Shown here piece by piece: positions 26,590 through 36,047 of a stretch of 64,000 bases of DNA. This DNA is from Euryarchaeota archaeon UBA103. GTDB taxonomy: Archaea > Thermoplasmatota > Poseidoniia > Poseidoniales > Thalassarchaeaceae. The notes beneath the pieces were generated by a model. It made no database searches. It worked only from the letters and a program-made list of their open reading frames with translations, and was not told where the DNA came from. The position numbers and the translations under genes are program-made. Position 1 is the stretch's first letter. Each line of letters begins with the position of its first letter. The stretch is taken from positions 8,346 through 72,345 of the forward strand of contig DAYH01000030.1 in assembly GCA_002506825.1 (NCBI GenBank), given 5' to 3'.

Positions 26590-27351
26590 TTACTCCTCCG
26601 TCTCAAAGACGACGTCCCTGCTTCTAGATAGGAACCGTTCACCTGAATCAGCATAAATTATCTGCCCTGTTACTGACTTGGCAGATATCAAGTAGACAAC
26701 TGCATCTGCAATGTCTGCGGCCGAGGGCCCTGATTGTAGAGGGGTTTGTGATTGCGCTTTCTGAAAACCTTCAATTGTTTGCTCGGGACTGGGCAAAGTA
26801 TGGCCTGGTGCTACTGCATTGACCCTTACTGAAGGCGCCAGCCCCCTAGCCAATGTTTCAGTCAGTCCTGCCATTGCGAATCTAGATGCGGTGTATGAGA
26901 GATAGTCCGGATTTGGTTGAGAAATCTTCTGATCCAGAATGTTAACTACCGAGCCAATAATTCCAGTGGGAAGTGTCCGGAATAGTTCTGAGATAAGTAG
27001 CGTGGGCGCTAAAGCATTGACTTGCATGTGACGATCCCAAGATTCTTTAGAAATATCCGAAATATCATCGAAGTTGAATAGGGATGCATTATTGACGATT
27101 CCAGATACTGGGCCGAGTTCACGACTGATTTCTCCAAACAATTTTGCAGGCATTGATTCATCGAATAGATCCCCTTGGAAAGAGGCGGCATTACCTCCTC
27201 TTGAGTTGATGGTTTCGACCAGATCAGACGCCTCATTTTCAGAGGAATTGTAATGTATTGCTACAGTAAATCCACACTCAGAAAGCCGTAAGCAAATCTC
27301 CCTTCCGATCCTTACTGCCCCACCAGTAACAAGTATGACAGCCGCATCCAT
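26590..27351 (-). CDS. Short-chain dehydrogenase/reductase, pteridine reductase (PTR1/FolM)-like
   Basis: AVILVTGGAVRIGREICLRLSECGFTVAIHYNSSENEASDLV resembles the PTR1/FolM N-terminus. NNAS and Y...R catalytic region (YTASRFAMAGL). The track start at 27402 is TTG; the ATG at 27351 gives MDAAVILVTGG. Confidence 0.7.
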   Translation of the reverse strand: MDAAVILVTGGAVRIGREICLRLSECGFTVAIHYNSSENEASDLVETINSRGGNAASFQGDLFDESMPAKLFGEISRELGPVSGIVNNASLFNFDDISDISKESWDRHMQVNALAPTLLISELFRTLPTGIIGSVVNILDQKISQPNPDYLSYTASRFAMAGLTETLARGLAPSVRVNAVAPGHTLPSPEQTIEGFQKAQSQTPLQSGPSAADIADAVVYLISAKSVTGQIIYADSGERFLSRSRDVVFETEE

Positions 27352-27447
27352 GACCGTGCGAAGAGTTTCACTCCTATTACGGGTTGTATTGAACGACCCC
27401 AAAGGGGTCGATGAGAACGATTAACTCCGTAGCTCTATCCGAGACAT

Positions 27448-28509
27448 ATGATGGCGACGCGACTACCGACCGTTGACACATCGAAAATAGGCATAGATTC
27501 CTGTTCTGGATCAGATACTGAAAGTCATAAAAGTAGAGTAGAAAGGGAGCGAAAAAGACTCCCAAACTGGTTCAGGACCAGTCTTCCAGTCGGTAAATCG
27601 CAGTCCAGGTACAACAGTACTATGTCTAGCGTCAAGGAGAATGGTTTGAACACAGTATGTGTTGAAGCCAGATGCCCCAATATCCATGACTGCTGGGGCA
27701 GAGGGACTGCAACTTTCATGATTGCCGGTGATGTATGTACGAGAGGATGTAGATTCTGTGCAGTTGATACCGCAAAGTTTCCACCTCCACTAAATCCTGA
27801 TGAGCCTGAAGATTTGGCTCTAGCAATAGATAGCATGGGAATAAATCATGCAGTGATCACAGTTGTCAACAGAGACGACCTGCCTGATGGAGGAGCCGCA
27901 CACTACAGAAAATGTATAATGGCGGTTCATCAGAGGTGTCCAGATGTAGGCATAGAGCTTCTTTGCTCCGACCTAGATGGGAATTTGGACTCTTTGAAGA
28001 TTCTACTAGAAGATTTACCAATACGTGTTTTTGCTCATAATGTTGAGTGTGTACCGAGGCTCGACAAAGTGGTCAGAGACAGAAGGGCCTCATTCGCACA
28101 ATCTTTGGAGATTCTCGCGGTGGCTAAGAGTTTACGGCCAGATCTGAAGACGAAAACTAGTATCATGGTGGGGCTCGGAGAGACAGACTCAGAGGTGATC
28201 GAAGCCATGAAAATGGTCAGATCGTCTGAAGTTGATATGATTACCCTTGGACAGTATCTTCAACCAGGTGGGCGTCATCTACCAGTTGATAGGTTCCCAG
28301 AGCCTTCACAATTCGCTGATTGGGACCGGGAAGCAAGAGAAATGGGTTTCTCAGCTGTTGCCAGCGGGCCTTTGGTGAGGTCCAGTTATCGCGCGGGCCT
28401 CCTATGGGAAGAAGCCATGGGATTGGAACCAGTAGTAACTAGGGAGTCCACTGGTTCGGCTGTGAGTCACCTTACATTTTCACCTGTCAAAGGAGGCCAA
28501 AAGATATGA
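27448..28509 (+). CDS. lipA: Lipoyl synthase (radical SAM)
   Basis: Auxiliary cluster CVEARCPNIHDC (Cx4Cx5C) and radical-SAM CTRGCRFC (Cx3Cx2C). GTATFMIAGDVCTR. Confidence 0.9.
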   Translation: MMATRLPTVDTSKIGIDSCSGSDTESHKSRVERERKRLPNWFRTSLPVGKSQSRYNSTMSSVKENGLNTVCVEARCPNIHDCWGRGTATFMIAGDVCTRGCRFCAVDTAKFPPPLNPDEPEDLALAIDSMGINHAVITVVNRDDLPDGGAAHYRKCIMAVHQRCPDVGIELLCSDLDGNLDSLKILLEDLPIRVFAHNVECVPRLDKVVRDRRASFAQSLEILAVAKSLRPDLKTKTSIMVGLGETDSEVIEAMKMVRSSEVDMITLGQYLQPGGRHLPVDRFPEPSQFADWDREAREMGFSAVASGPLVRSSYRAGLLWEEAMGLEPVVTRESTGSAVSHLTFSPVKGGQKI

Positions 28510-28531
28510 GCGTCGAGAGGGTGTATGCATC

Positions 28532-29773
28532 ATGAGCGAGGGGCACGGGACGGACCCGTTGCATGTTCCTGACGCCCCCCATAGGCCAGGGGATGAGGCT
28601 GGATTCGTAGACTGGCCATGGTCCCCCGAGGATCTGAAAAGGCCGGATGTCGATTGCGATGCATCTGAAACTGTGACACTAGCAGAGGGTTTAGTGAGAG
28701 TTCTTGGGGATGATAACAAGTCTTCTGGGGAGTGGGATCCAAAACTTTCCTCAGAGGAGATGATAGCCGGCTTGGAACACATGATGCGTCTTCGTATTTT
28801 TGATGATAGGATGATGAAAATGCAGAGAACTGGTAAGCTCTCATTCTACATGCGTTCATTTGGCGAGGAAGCGGTTGCAATTGCTCAAACAATGGCTTTG
28901 AAAGAGCAGGACTGGCTTTTCCCCACTTACAGGCAACCTGGAGCTCAATTTGTCAGAGGCAGAGATATGGTGAGTATGATTTGCCATTGTATTGGAAATG
29001 AGATGGACAATGTCAAAGGCCGGCAGATGCCTGTGCACTACACCTACAGAGAAGGACGGTTCATCTCGGTTTCTAGTCCCGTTGGAACACAATTTAGCCA
29101 GGCCGTTGGGGTTGCCTTGGCTTCTGGGTACAAGGGACTCGATGAAGTCACAATTACCTGGATTGGAGACGGGGCTAGTGCAGAAGGGGATTATCATTAT
29201 GCTTTGAATTTCGCAAGTATCTTTCAGGCTCCAGTGATTTTGAATGTTGTTAACAATCAGTGGGCAATATCTACTCACAAAAATTTTGCAAGTAAAAATG
29301 GCAATTTTGCTGTCAGAGGATTGCCATATGGAATTCCTAGCATTCGTGTGGACGGTAATGATTTCTTGGCCCTTTACTCAGTTACTTCTTGGGCTCGAGA
29401 GCGAGCCTCGAGAGGACTTGGCCCTACGCACATCGAGGTCTTGACATACCGTGCTGGAGCACACAGTAGTAGTGACGACCCATCTAGATACAGGCCTTCT
29501 GATATTCACTCTCAATGGCCCGGTGGAGATCCCATAGACAGACTTACAGAGCATCTTAAGGAGACAGGAGAATGGTCAGACGAGATGCATCAGAAACTTT
29601 CCGAAAAAATAGACTCTGAAGTTATGGTGGCATACAAAGAAGCTGTCAAGTTCGGAGATTTGGCGAATGGCCCTTACCCATCTTCCGATGCAATATTCAC
29701 AGAGGTTTACGAGAGTCCCCCTTGGCATCTAGAGGAACAATGGGATGAAATGAAGAAATGGAGGGATTCATAA
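28532..29773 (+). CDS. 2-oxoacid dehydrogenase E1 component, alpha subunit (BCKDH/PDH type, ThDP-dependent)
   Basis: ThDP motif IGDGASAEGDYHYALNFASIFQAPVILNVVNNQ (GDG-x26-NN). YRQPGAQFVRG. MPVHY. Confidence 0.9.
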   Translation: MSEGHGTDPLHVPDAPHRPGDEAGFVDWPWSPEDLKRPDVDCDASETVTLAEGLVRVLGDDNKSSGEWDPKLSSEEMIAGLEHMMRLRIFDDRMMKMQRTGKLSFYMRSFGEEAVAIAQTMALKEQDWLFPTYRQPGAQFVRGRDMVSMICHCIGNEMDNVKGRQMPVHYTYREGRFISVSSPVGTQFSQAVGVALASGYKGLDEVTITWIGDGASAEGDYHYALNFASIFQAPVILNVVNNQWAISTHKNFASKNGNFAVRGLPYGIPSIRVDGNDFLALYSVTSWARERASRGLGPTHIEVLTYRAGAHSSSDDPSRYRPSDIHSQWPGGDPIDRLTEHLKETGEWSDEMHQKLSEKIDSEVMVAYKEAVKFGDLANGPYPSSDAIFTEVYESPPWHLEEQWDEMKKWRDS

Positions 29774-30783
29774 TGCCTAATATGAATATGGTAGAGTCCG
29801 TAAATAATGCTCTGGATACAATGTTATCGAGGGACAATGATGTCATTATGTTCGGAGAAGATTTTGGATACTTTGGAGGTGTTTTTAGAACATCCGATGG
29901 CCTGCAAGATAAGCATGGTAAGCACAGAGTTTTCGACTCGCCCCTTTCCGAGGGAGGAATTGCGGCTACTGCTTTCGGGATGGGAATAAACGGACTCAGG
30001 CCAGTAGTTGAAATACAGTTTGCAGACTATATCTTTCCGGCATACGACCAAATCGTCAACGAGATGGCGAAGGTAAGGCATCGTTCTGGTGGAGAGTTCT
30101 GGTGTCCGGTAACCATCAGAACTCCAGCGGGAGGGGGAATTAGAGGGGGGCACCATCACTCTCAATCTCCTGAGGCTCAGTTTACGCATACGCCGGGCCT
30201 CAAGGTAGTTTATTGTTCAACACCATACAACGCCAAGGGACTGCTAATCAGCGCTATTGAGGATAATGATCCAGTTATCTTCTTCGAGCCAAAAAGATGC
30301 TATAGGGGCCCTTTCTATGGAGACCCACACAAAGTGCCAACATGGTCTGGACATCCAGAGGCAGAGGTTCCCGAGTCTCATTACACCATTCCCCTAGGAG
30401 AGGCACGGTTAGCCTTGGAAGGCAGCCAGTGCACGGTGATTTCTTGGGGGGCGATGGTTCATGTGTGCGAGCGTGCAATAATGGACAGTGGAATTTCTTG
30501 TGACCTAATAGATCTCCAAACACTAGTCCCTTGGGATCGAGAAGCAGTGGTCAAATCGATCGAGAAGACAGGTAGATGTGTAATAGTTCATGAAGCTCCA
30601 AAAACTAGTGGATTTGGAGCTGAAATGGCTGCTTCGATACAAGAAAGATGTTTTTGGAGTCTGGAGTCCCCAATAGAGAGAGTGACTGGTTGGGATACTC
30701 CTTTTCCCCATACTACTGAATGGGATTACATGCCCGGACCAGATAGAGTGGCCGCGGCGATAGCGAAAACACAGGAGGATTAA
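29773..30783 (+). CDS. 2-oxoacid dehydrogenase E1 component, beta subunit
   Basis: MVESVNNALDTMLSRDNDVIMFGEDFGYFGGVFRTSDGLQDKHGKHRVFDSPLSEGGI is a typical E1-beta N-terminus. The ATG at 29773 overlaps the E1-alpha stop (TAATG). Confidence 0.9.
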   Translation: MPNMNMVESVNNALDTMLSRDNDVIMFGEDFGYFGGVFRTSDGLQDKHGKHRVFDSPLSEGGIAATAFGMGINGLRPVVEIQFADYIFPAYDQIVNEMAKVRHRSGGEFWCPVTIRTPAGGGIRGGHHHSQSPEAQFTHTPGLKVVYCSTPYNAKGLLISAIEDNDPVIFFEPKRCYRGPFYGDPHKVPTWSGHPEAEVPESHYTIPLGEARLALEGSQCTVISWGAMVHVCERAIMDSGISCDLIDLQTLVPWDREAVVKSIEKTGRCVIVHEAPKTSGFGAEMAASIQERCFWSLESPIERVTGWDTPFPHTTEWDYMPGPDRVAAAIAKTQED

Positions 30784-30784
30784 C

Positions 30785-32071
30785 ATGGCGAAATATGATT
30801 TCAAATTGCCCGATATTGGAGAAGGAGTCGTAGAGGGCGAAGTAGTCACGTGGCATGTATCGGTAGGGGACGTGGTTTCCGAGGATGATCCAATTGTTGA
30901 CGTGATGACCGATAAGGCTACTGTAACCATTCCATCGCCTACAGATGGAACTGTTGTGTCCCTTAATGGAGAGGTAGGCGATATGGTAGCCGTTGGTTCT
31001 GTACTGATAGAGTTCGATACCGATGGGTCGGCTCCTTCGATCCCTGAGCTTGAGGATGAGTCCGAGCCGATAGAAGAAGAGGCAGAGGAAGAACAGGTAG
31101 AGATTCCGGCAAAAACAGAGGTTAGAGAAGTTGTAAAATCTCCTGAAGTATCGAAACCAGTTCAAATGTCTGCGCCAGAAATTCCCATATCGAGTTCCAG
31201 AACAGTACTGGCTAGTCCGGCTGTCAGAAGAAGAGCTAGGGAGGCCAACATAGACCTGGCATCATTGAGTGGCAGTGGCCCCGCTGGCAGGGTTAGGCAC
31301 GCGGACATAGATGCCTTCGTTGCAGGAGGGGGGGCCGTTATGGGCGCTCCACCAGTGGCATACTCAACCAAGAGGAGCGGTTTTAGTGAAGTCAAAATCG
31401 TTGGTCTGAGGAGGAAGATTTCAGAACAGATGGTCAAGAGTGCGTTTTCAATCCCTCACTTCTCATATTTCGAAGAGGTTGATGTGACGGAGCTTGAGGC
31501 ATTGCGACAGGCGCTCAATACTAGTCGTGGGGAGGATCAACCTAAACTTACTTATCTGCCATTCATAATGCTAGCTTTAGCCAAGATAATGCCAGAACAT
31601 CCAGAATGTAACGGTTATTTCTATGATGGAGATGGAGTTGTACACCGTCATGAGGCTGTAAACCTGGGAATAGCCACCCAAACAGATAGAGGACTATATG
31701 TCCCAGTAGTGAAGAATGTTGAGTCCATGGATGTTTGGCAAGCGGCAAATGATCTGATTCGTGTTTCTGGGGCGGCTAGAACAGGAACAGCTAGCCTCGA
31801 TGACTTGACTGGCTCTACATTCACGATAACTAGTCTTGGAAGAGACGGTGGACTAGGTGCAACACCTATTATCAATCATCCCGAGATGGCCATATTAGGA
31901 GTCCATAAGGCCAGAGAGATGCCGGTTGTCAGGAGTGGCAATATCGTAATTAGAAGGATGATGAACCTATCTAGCTCCTTCGACCATAGAGTAATTGATG
32001 GCGCAGATGGGGCCCGACTAGTACAGCATCTGAAGAAAATGTTAGAGCATCCTGCGATGATATTCATGTGA
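30785..32071 (+). CDS. Dihydrolipoamide acyltransferase (E2) with one lipoyl domain, a peripheral-subunit-binding domain and a catalytic domain
   Basis: Lipoyl-Lys motif DVMTDKATVTIPSP. Acidic/Pro linker. PSBD SPAVRRRAREANIDLASLSGSGPAGRV. Catalytic SSSFDHRVIDGADGA. Confidence 0.9.
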   Translation: MAKYDFKLPDIGEGVVEGEVVTWHVSVGDVVSEDDPIVDVMTDKATVTIPSPTDGTVVSLNGEVGDMVAVGSVLIEFDTDGSAPSIPELEDESEPIEEEAEEEQVEIPAKTEVREVVKSPEVSKPVQMSAPEIPISSSRTVLASPAVRRRAREANIDLASLSGSGPAGRVRHADIDAFVAGGGAVMGAPPVAYSTKRSGFSEVKIVGLRRKISEQMVKSAFSIPHFSYFEEVDVTELEALRQALNTSRGEDQPKLTYLPFIMLALAKIMPEHPECNGYFYDGDGVVHRHEAVNLGIATQTDRGLYVPVVKNVESMDVWQAANDLIRVSGAARTGTASLDDLTGSTFTITSLGRDGGLGATPIINHPEMAILGVHKAREMPVVRSGNIVIRRMMNLSSSFDHRVIDGADGARLVQHLKKMLEHPAMIFM

Positions 32072-32080
32072 GTTGACAAA

Positions 32081-33517
32081 ATGGCCGAAATCAGAAAATG
32101 TCAGGTTTTGATAGTCGGGGCTGGCCCTGGAGGATATGTAGCTGGAATTAGATCTGGCCAACTTGGCCTAGATACAATAGTTGTAGAGGGAGATAAAGCA
32201 GGAGGTACTTGTCTAATCAGGGGCTGTATTCCCAGTAAGGCGATGATACATGCCGCTGAGAGGTTCGAGTCGCTTTCAAAGCACAGTTCTGAAGAGGGCC
32301 ATATGGGAATTTCAATAACATCTGAGCCTGAGCTCGATATGTCGTCACTTGTTTCCTGGAAGGATTCAATAGTGGATCGTTTGAATAAAGGCGTAGAATC
32401 TCTACTCAAGGGATCTGGCGTAGAGCTCGTAAAGGGATGGGCGACTTTTAGTGGACCTAAGAGATGCACTGTAAAGACTTCAGACGGAGAAATAGAAATT
32501 GAAGCAGAGAATGTTATTTTAGCAACTGGATCTAGTCACATAGACCTACCTTTCATGCCTTGTGATGAGGAGTTCATTCTCTCTTCCACCGGAGCTCTTG
32601 AACTGGATTCTCTTCCCTCGAAAGTAGCCATAGTTGGAGGTGGCTACATCGGACTAGAACTCGGATGTGCACTTTCCAAACTAGGTTCTGAAGTAACGGT
32701 CGTCGAAGGCATGGATAGTGTACTTGGAATATTTGATAAAGAGCTTCGAAGACCTCTGGAGATTTGGCTGAAGAAGCATGGCGTCTCGATCCACACCAAT
32801 GCACTAGCCAAGGGGGCAGAAGTGAAAGGAAGGGGTGCCTCGAAGAAAGTAGAGCTCTCTTTCGAGAAGAATGGCGAAATCCAATCGATAAAGGTTGACA
32901 AGGTCCTGGTAACAGTTGGAAGAAAGCCCAATACCAAGGATTGGGGATTAGAGACAATGGGGGTCAGGATGGATCACTCTGGACGATTCATCAGGATTGA
33001 CAGACAATGCAGAACGAACATCCCAGGAGTTTTCGCTATAGGAGATGTTTCTGGAGAGCCTATGCTAGCCCACAAGGCCAGTTCACAGGGAGAGATGGTA
33101 GCTGAGATTATATCGGGCCTAACTAGAGAGTTTGACAAAGTGGCCATCCCAGCAATAGTTTTCACGGAACCTGAGATAGTTTCAGTGGGTTTGATGCCTC
33201 ATGAGGCAGAGGATAGGGGAGAAGAAATAATTGTAGGGAAGTTTCCTCTTGCGGCCAACGGTAGGGCCTTGACTCTCGAAGCAGAGAAAACAGGCGGATT
33301 CGTCAGAGTTGTAGCTCGTGATTCTGATCACGTCATATTAGGAATACAGGCCGTTGGAAGCCATGTTGCTGAACTCCATGGAGAGTTTGTACTAGCACTA
33401 GAAATGGGTGCACTTTTGGAGGATATTGCTGATACGGTACATGCACATCCGACGATGGCAGAGGCCTTCCATGAAAGCGTCCTGAAATCTCTAGGACATG
33501 CTATCCATTCTGCATGA
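32081..33517 (+). CDS. lpdA: Dihydrolipoamide dehydrogenase (E3)
   Basis: FAD fold VGAGPGGYVAG. Redox disulfide GGTCLIRGCIPSK. NAD fold IVGGGYIGLELG. C-terminal HAHPTMAEA. Confidence 0.9.
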   Translation: MAEIRKCQVLIVGAGPGGYVAGIRSGQLGLDTIVVEGDKAGGTCLIRGCIPSKAMIHAAERFESLSKHSSEEGHMGISITSEPELDMSSLVSWKDSIVDRLNKGVESLLKGSGVELVKGWATFSGPKRCTVKTSDGEIEIEAENVILATGSSHIDLPFMPCDEEFILSSTGALELDSLPSKVAIVGGGYIGLELGCALSKLGSEVTVVEGMDSVLGIFDKELRRPLEIWLKKHGVSIHTNALAKGAEVKGRGASKKVELSFEKNGEIQSIKVDKVLVTVGRKPNTKDWGLETMGVRMDHSGRFIRIDRQCRTNIPGVFAIGDVSGEPMLAHKASSQGEMVAEIISGLTREFDKVAIPAIVFTEPEIVSVGLMPHEAEDRGEEIIVGKFPLAANGRALTLEAEKTGGFVRVVARDSDHVILGIQAVGSHVAELHGEFVLALEMGALLEDIADTVHAHPTMAEAFHESVLKSLGHAIHSA

Positions 33518-33526
33518 GGTGGATTA

Positions 33527-34189
33527 TTGTCGGAGATAGAAATACTCCATCTAGGAGTAGAGGAGTATTCCTCGGTTTTTGAGACGATGAAGATTTTACA
33601 GCATAAGAGGATTGATGATGAAATCTCGGATACTCTAATTTTTGTTATCCATCCAGAAATTGTTACTTTGGGCCCTAAGGCAATCAGAGAGGGAGTAGAG
33701 ATTGAAGATTATCAAATTTTTGAGACAGACCGAGGAGGAGGGGCTACGTGGCATGGTCCGGGACAGCTAGTTGTCTATCCAATAATTAAGTGGGAAGGGG
33801 AGATGCAAAGTGTCAAGTCTGTTATCTCCATACTGGAAGACTGGACAATTTCGGCATTCGAAGAATGCGGGATAGATTCATACAAAGACCAGGCAATGCA
33901 GGGAGTTTGGGTGGATGGGTACAAAATTTGCTCTATTGGACTTTCTTTCTTTAAGTGGGTCAGTAGGCATGGCATGTCGATAAATGTGAATACTCCCGGT
34001 TCAAGAGTTGAGGGCCTTTCTGGATGCGGGATGGAGGAAGGGGTACACACTTGTCTGCATAAACTAGGATATCTCCAAGACAAAGACGGGAACGACATCG
34101 ATATCAAAAGAGTTGAGCGTGCGTTGATCGGTACATGTGAGAAAATTTTAGGAAGAGTTCCTAGTTATCATTTGGATAAGGGCGTGTGA
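33527..34189 (+). CDS. lipB: Octanoyl/lipoyl transferase
   Basis: DRGGGATWHGPGQLVVYPI and KICSIGLSF...RHGMSINV are LipB hallmarks. TTG start at 33527 preceded by the Shine-Dalgarno-like GAGGTGGA with 3-nt spacing. No in-frame ATG upstream of the conserved region. Confidence 0.8.
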   Translation: MSEIEILHLGVEEYSSVFETMKILQHKRIDDEISDTLIFVIHPEIVTLGPKAIREGVEIEDYQIFETDRGGGATWHGPGQLVVYPIIKWEGEMQSVKSVISILEDWTISAFEECGIDSYKDQAMQGVWVDGYKICSIGLSFFKWVSRHGMSINVNTPGSRVEGLSGCGMEEGVHTCLHKLGYLQDKDGNDIDIKRVERALIGTCEKILGRVPSYHLDKGV

Positions 34190-34196
34190 AGTTAGA

Positions 34197-35390
34197 ATGA
34201 TTCCTAAGAAAGGCAATTTTTCTAAGCTATGGGGATTGGAACCGAGCACTGTTTTCCTGAATCATGGATCATTCGGAGCGGCTCCTATTGCAGTACTCGA
34301 AGAGCAAACTAGGATCAGAAATGAAATGGAGGAGGACCCTGTATATTTTGTAGAGAAGAAGATGAACGATCTATGGCAAAAATCCATCCTTGAGCTATCT
34401 AAATTTCTCAATGCCGACCCAGAAGGGATGGTTTTCGTTACTAATGCGACCATGGGCGTAAACACGATACTCAGATCTCTGAAACTTTCTCCTGGGGATG
34501 AAATAATTGTTCCAGATCATGCATATCAGGCGTGTAGAAATGCGATAGATTTCGTTACAGGGAGATCGGGTGCTAGGACCGTGATTGTACCAGTGCCTTT
34601 CAGAGTCAATGATGAATCTGAAATCATTGATCCAATACTATCTGCAGTAAGCGACAGGACAGTATTAGCAATGATAGACACTGTTTCAAGCCCCACAGGA
34701 ATAAGAATGCCATTTGAGATCTTGGTGCTTGAACTACAGAATAAAGGGGTTGATGTCCTAGTTGATGCGGCCCATGGACCAGGTATTGTACCTCTTGATA
34801 TTCGCAAGCTGAATCCAGCATATATCACTGGCAATTGTCACAAGTGGTTGTGTACTCCCAAGGGCTCTGCATTTTTGCATATCAGAGAAGATAAGAGAGA
34901 GGAGGTTAATCCTCTAAACATAGGACACGGATACTCAAGTGACCTCTCTCCGGCTGAAAAATTCCGTTTTGAGTTTGATTGGTCCGGTACTCGCGATCCA
35001 AGCCCATGGCTTTGTATCCCATTCTCCATTGGATACATTGGAAGTCAAATTGAAGGGGGATGGGATGAGATAATGAGGAACAACAGGAATATGGCATTGT
35101 ATGGCAGGGGACTTCTTTGTGATGCTCTTGACATTATTCCTCCAACACCCGACTGTATGGTTTCTTCGATGTCTTCGGTTGAGTTCCCATGGAGTGGAGA
35201 TGTACATCCACCATCTCCAGATGGGGACCCCCTTCACAACTTATTGTTTGACGAATACAGAATTCAGGTTCCCATAATATCATGGCCCATTCACAACGCT
35301 AAATACATCAGGATATCGGCTCACATTTACAACAGTAAAGAGGAGTTTGAATATCTCTCGGAAACTCTAAAATCTGTATTAAGGCGATAG
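34197..35390 (+). CDS. PLP-dependent aminotransferase class V family (isopenicillin-N-epimerase/cysteine-desulfurase-like)
   Basis: VFLNHGSFGAAP N-terminus. DAAHGPG. PLP-Lys context GNCHKWLCTPKGSAFLHI. Confidence 0.7.
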   Translation: MIPKKGNFSKLWGLEPSTVFLNHGSFGAAPIAVLEEQTRIRNEMEEDPVYFVEKKMNDLWQKSILELSKFLNADPEGMVFVTNATMGVNTILRSLKLSPGDEIIVPDHAYQACRNAIDFVTGRSGARTVIVPVPFRVNDESEIIDPILSAVSDRTVLAMIDTVSSPTGIRMPFEILVLELQNKGVDVLVDAAHGPGIVPLDIRKLNPAYITGNCHKWLCTPKGSAFLHIREDKREEVNPLNIGHGYSSDLSPAEKFRFEFDWSGTRDPSPWLCIPFSIGYIGSQIEGGWDEIMRNNRNMALYGRGLLCDALDIIPPTPDCMVSSMSSVEFPWSGDVHPPSPDGDPLHNLLFDEYRIQVPIISWPIHNAKYIRISAHIYNSKEEFEYLSETLKSVLRR

Positions 35391-35426
35391 GCAACCATTC
35401 AAGGCATGTAGCATTACCCGCACATC

Positions 35427-36005
35427 ATGCCAAGTGCAGTAGTAGCGATAACAGGGGCCTCAGGCGCTCGCTATGGAGTGAGGCTAGTAGAACAACTAAG
35501 TCGGGCTGGATGGGAAATCGATCTCATAGTAAGTAAGGCTGGAGAAATTAATCTCAAACTAGAATGCGATATTGGTGCGGCCGAGCTTAGTGAAATTACA
35601 GGAGTCTCGATACACAACAATGCTAATTTAGCGGCCAGACCTGCTTCTGGTTCGGCTTTGTATGACGCATACGTAATTTGTCCGGCTAGTGGGACGACAA
35701 TAGGAAAGATTGGTGCGGGGATATCAGACAACCTTTCCACGAGAAGTGCTCTAGTTGCGATAAAAGAGAGAAGGAAGCTGATTATAGTGCCGAGAGAGAC
35801 TCCCTCTCCAACTCCTCATTTAGAAGCTATGGCGAAGATGTCATCATGGGGAGTTGTCATATTACCGGCTAATCCAGGATTCTACAATTCACCAGAGACA
35901 ATTGATGACTTGATAGATTTCGTAGTGGCCAGAATTCTAGATCAGATGGGAGTATCGCACACTCTCGGTAAGAGATGGACTGGTGAAGAAGTAACACTGG
36001 GGTAA
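35427..36005 (+). CDS. ubiX: Flavin prenyltransferase UbiX/Pad1
   Basis: VAITGASGARYGVRLVEQL ... VICPASGTTIGKIGAGISDNL ... VPRETPSPTPHLEAMAKMSSWGVVILPANPGFY. Confidence 0.85.
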   Translation: MPSAVVAITGASGARYGVRLVEQLSRAGWEIDLIVSKAGEINLKLECDIGAAELSEITGVSIHNNANLAARPASGSALYDAYVICPASGTTIGKIGAGISDNLSTRSALVAIKERRKLIIVPRETPSPTPHLEAMAKMSSWGVVILPANPGFYNSPETIDDLIDFVVARILDQMGVSHTLGKRWTGEEVTLG

Positions 36006-36047
36006 TAGAGTAATATCAGTCAATAACCAGAATGGGTTCAATAGTCA

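Noticed and set aside
30523-31165. Overlapping minus-strand ORFs of 135 and 150 aa across the E1beta/E2 junction.
   Set aside because: They are antisense to two well-supported OADH genes. The 150-aa one is Phe/Leu/Arg-rich, the typical reverse complement of an acidic linker.
35427-36005. UbiX prenyl-FMN synthase without an adjacent UbiD-family decarboxylase.
   Set aside because: UbiX and UbiD are frequently unlinked, and nothing in the window allows any inference beyond the annotation.
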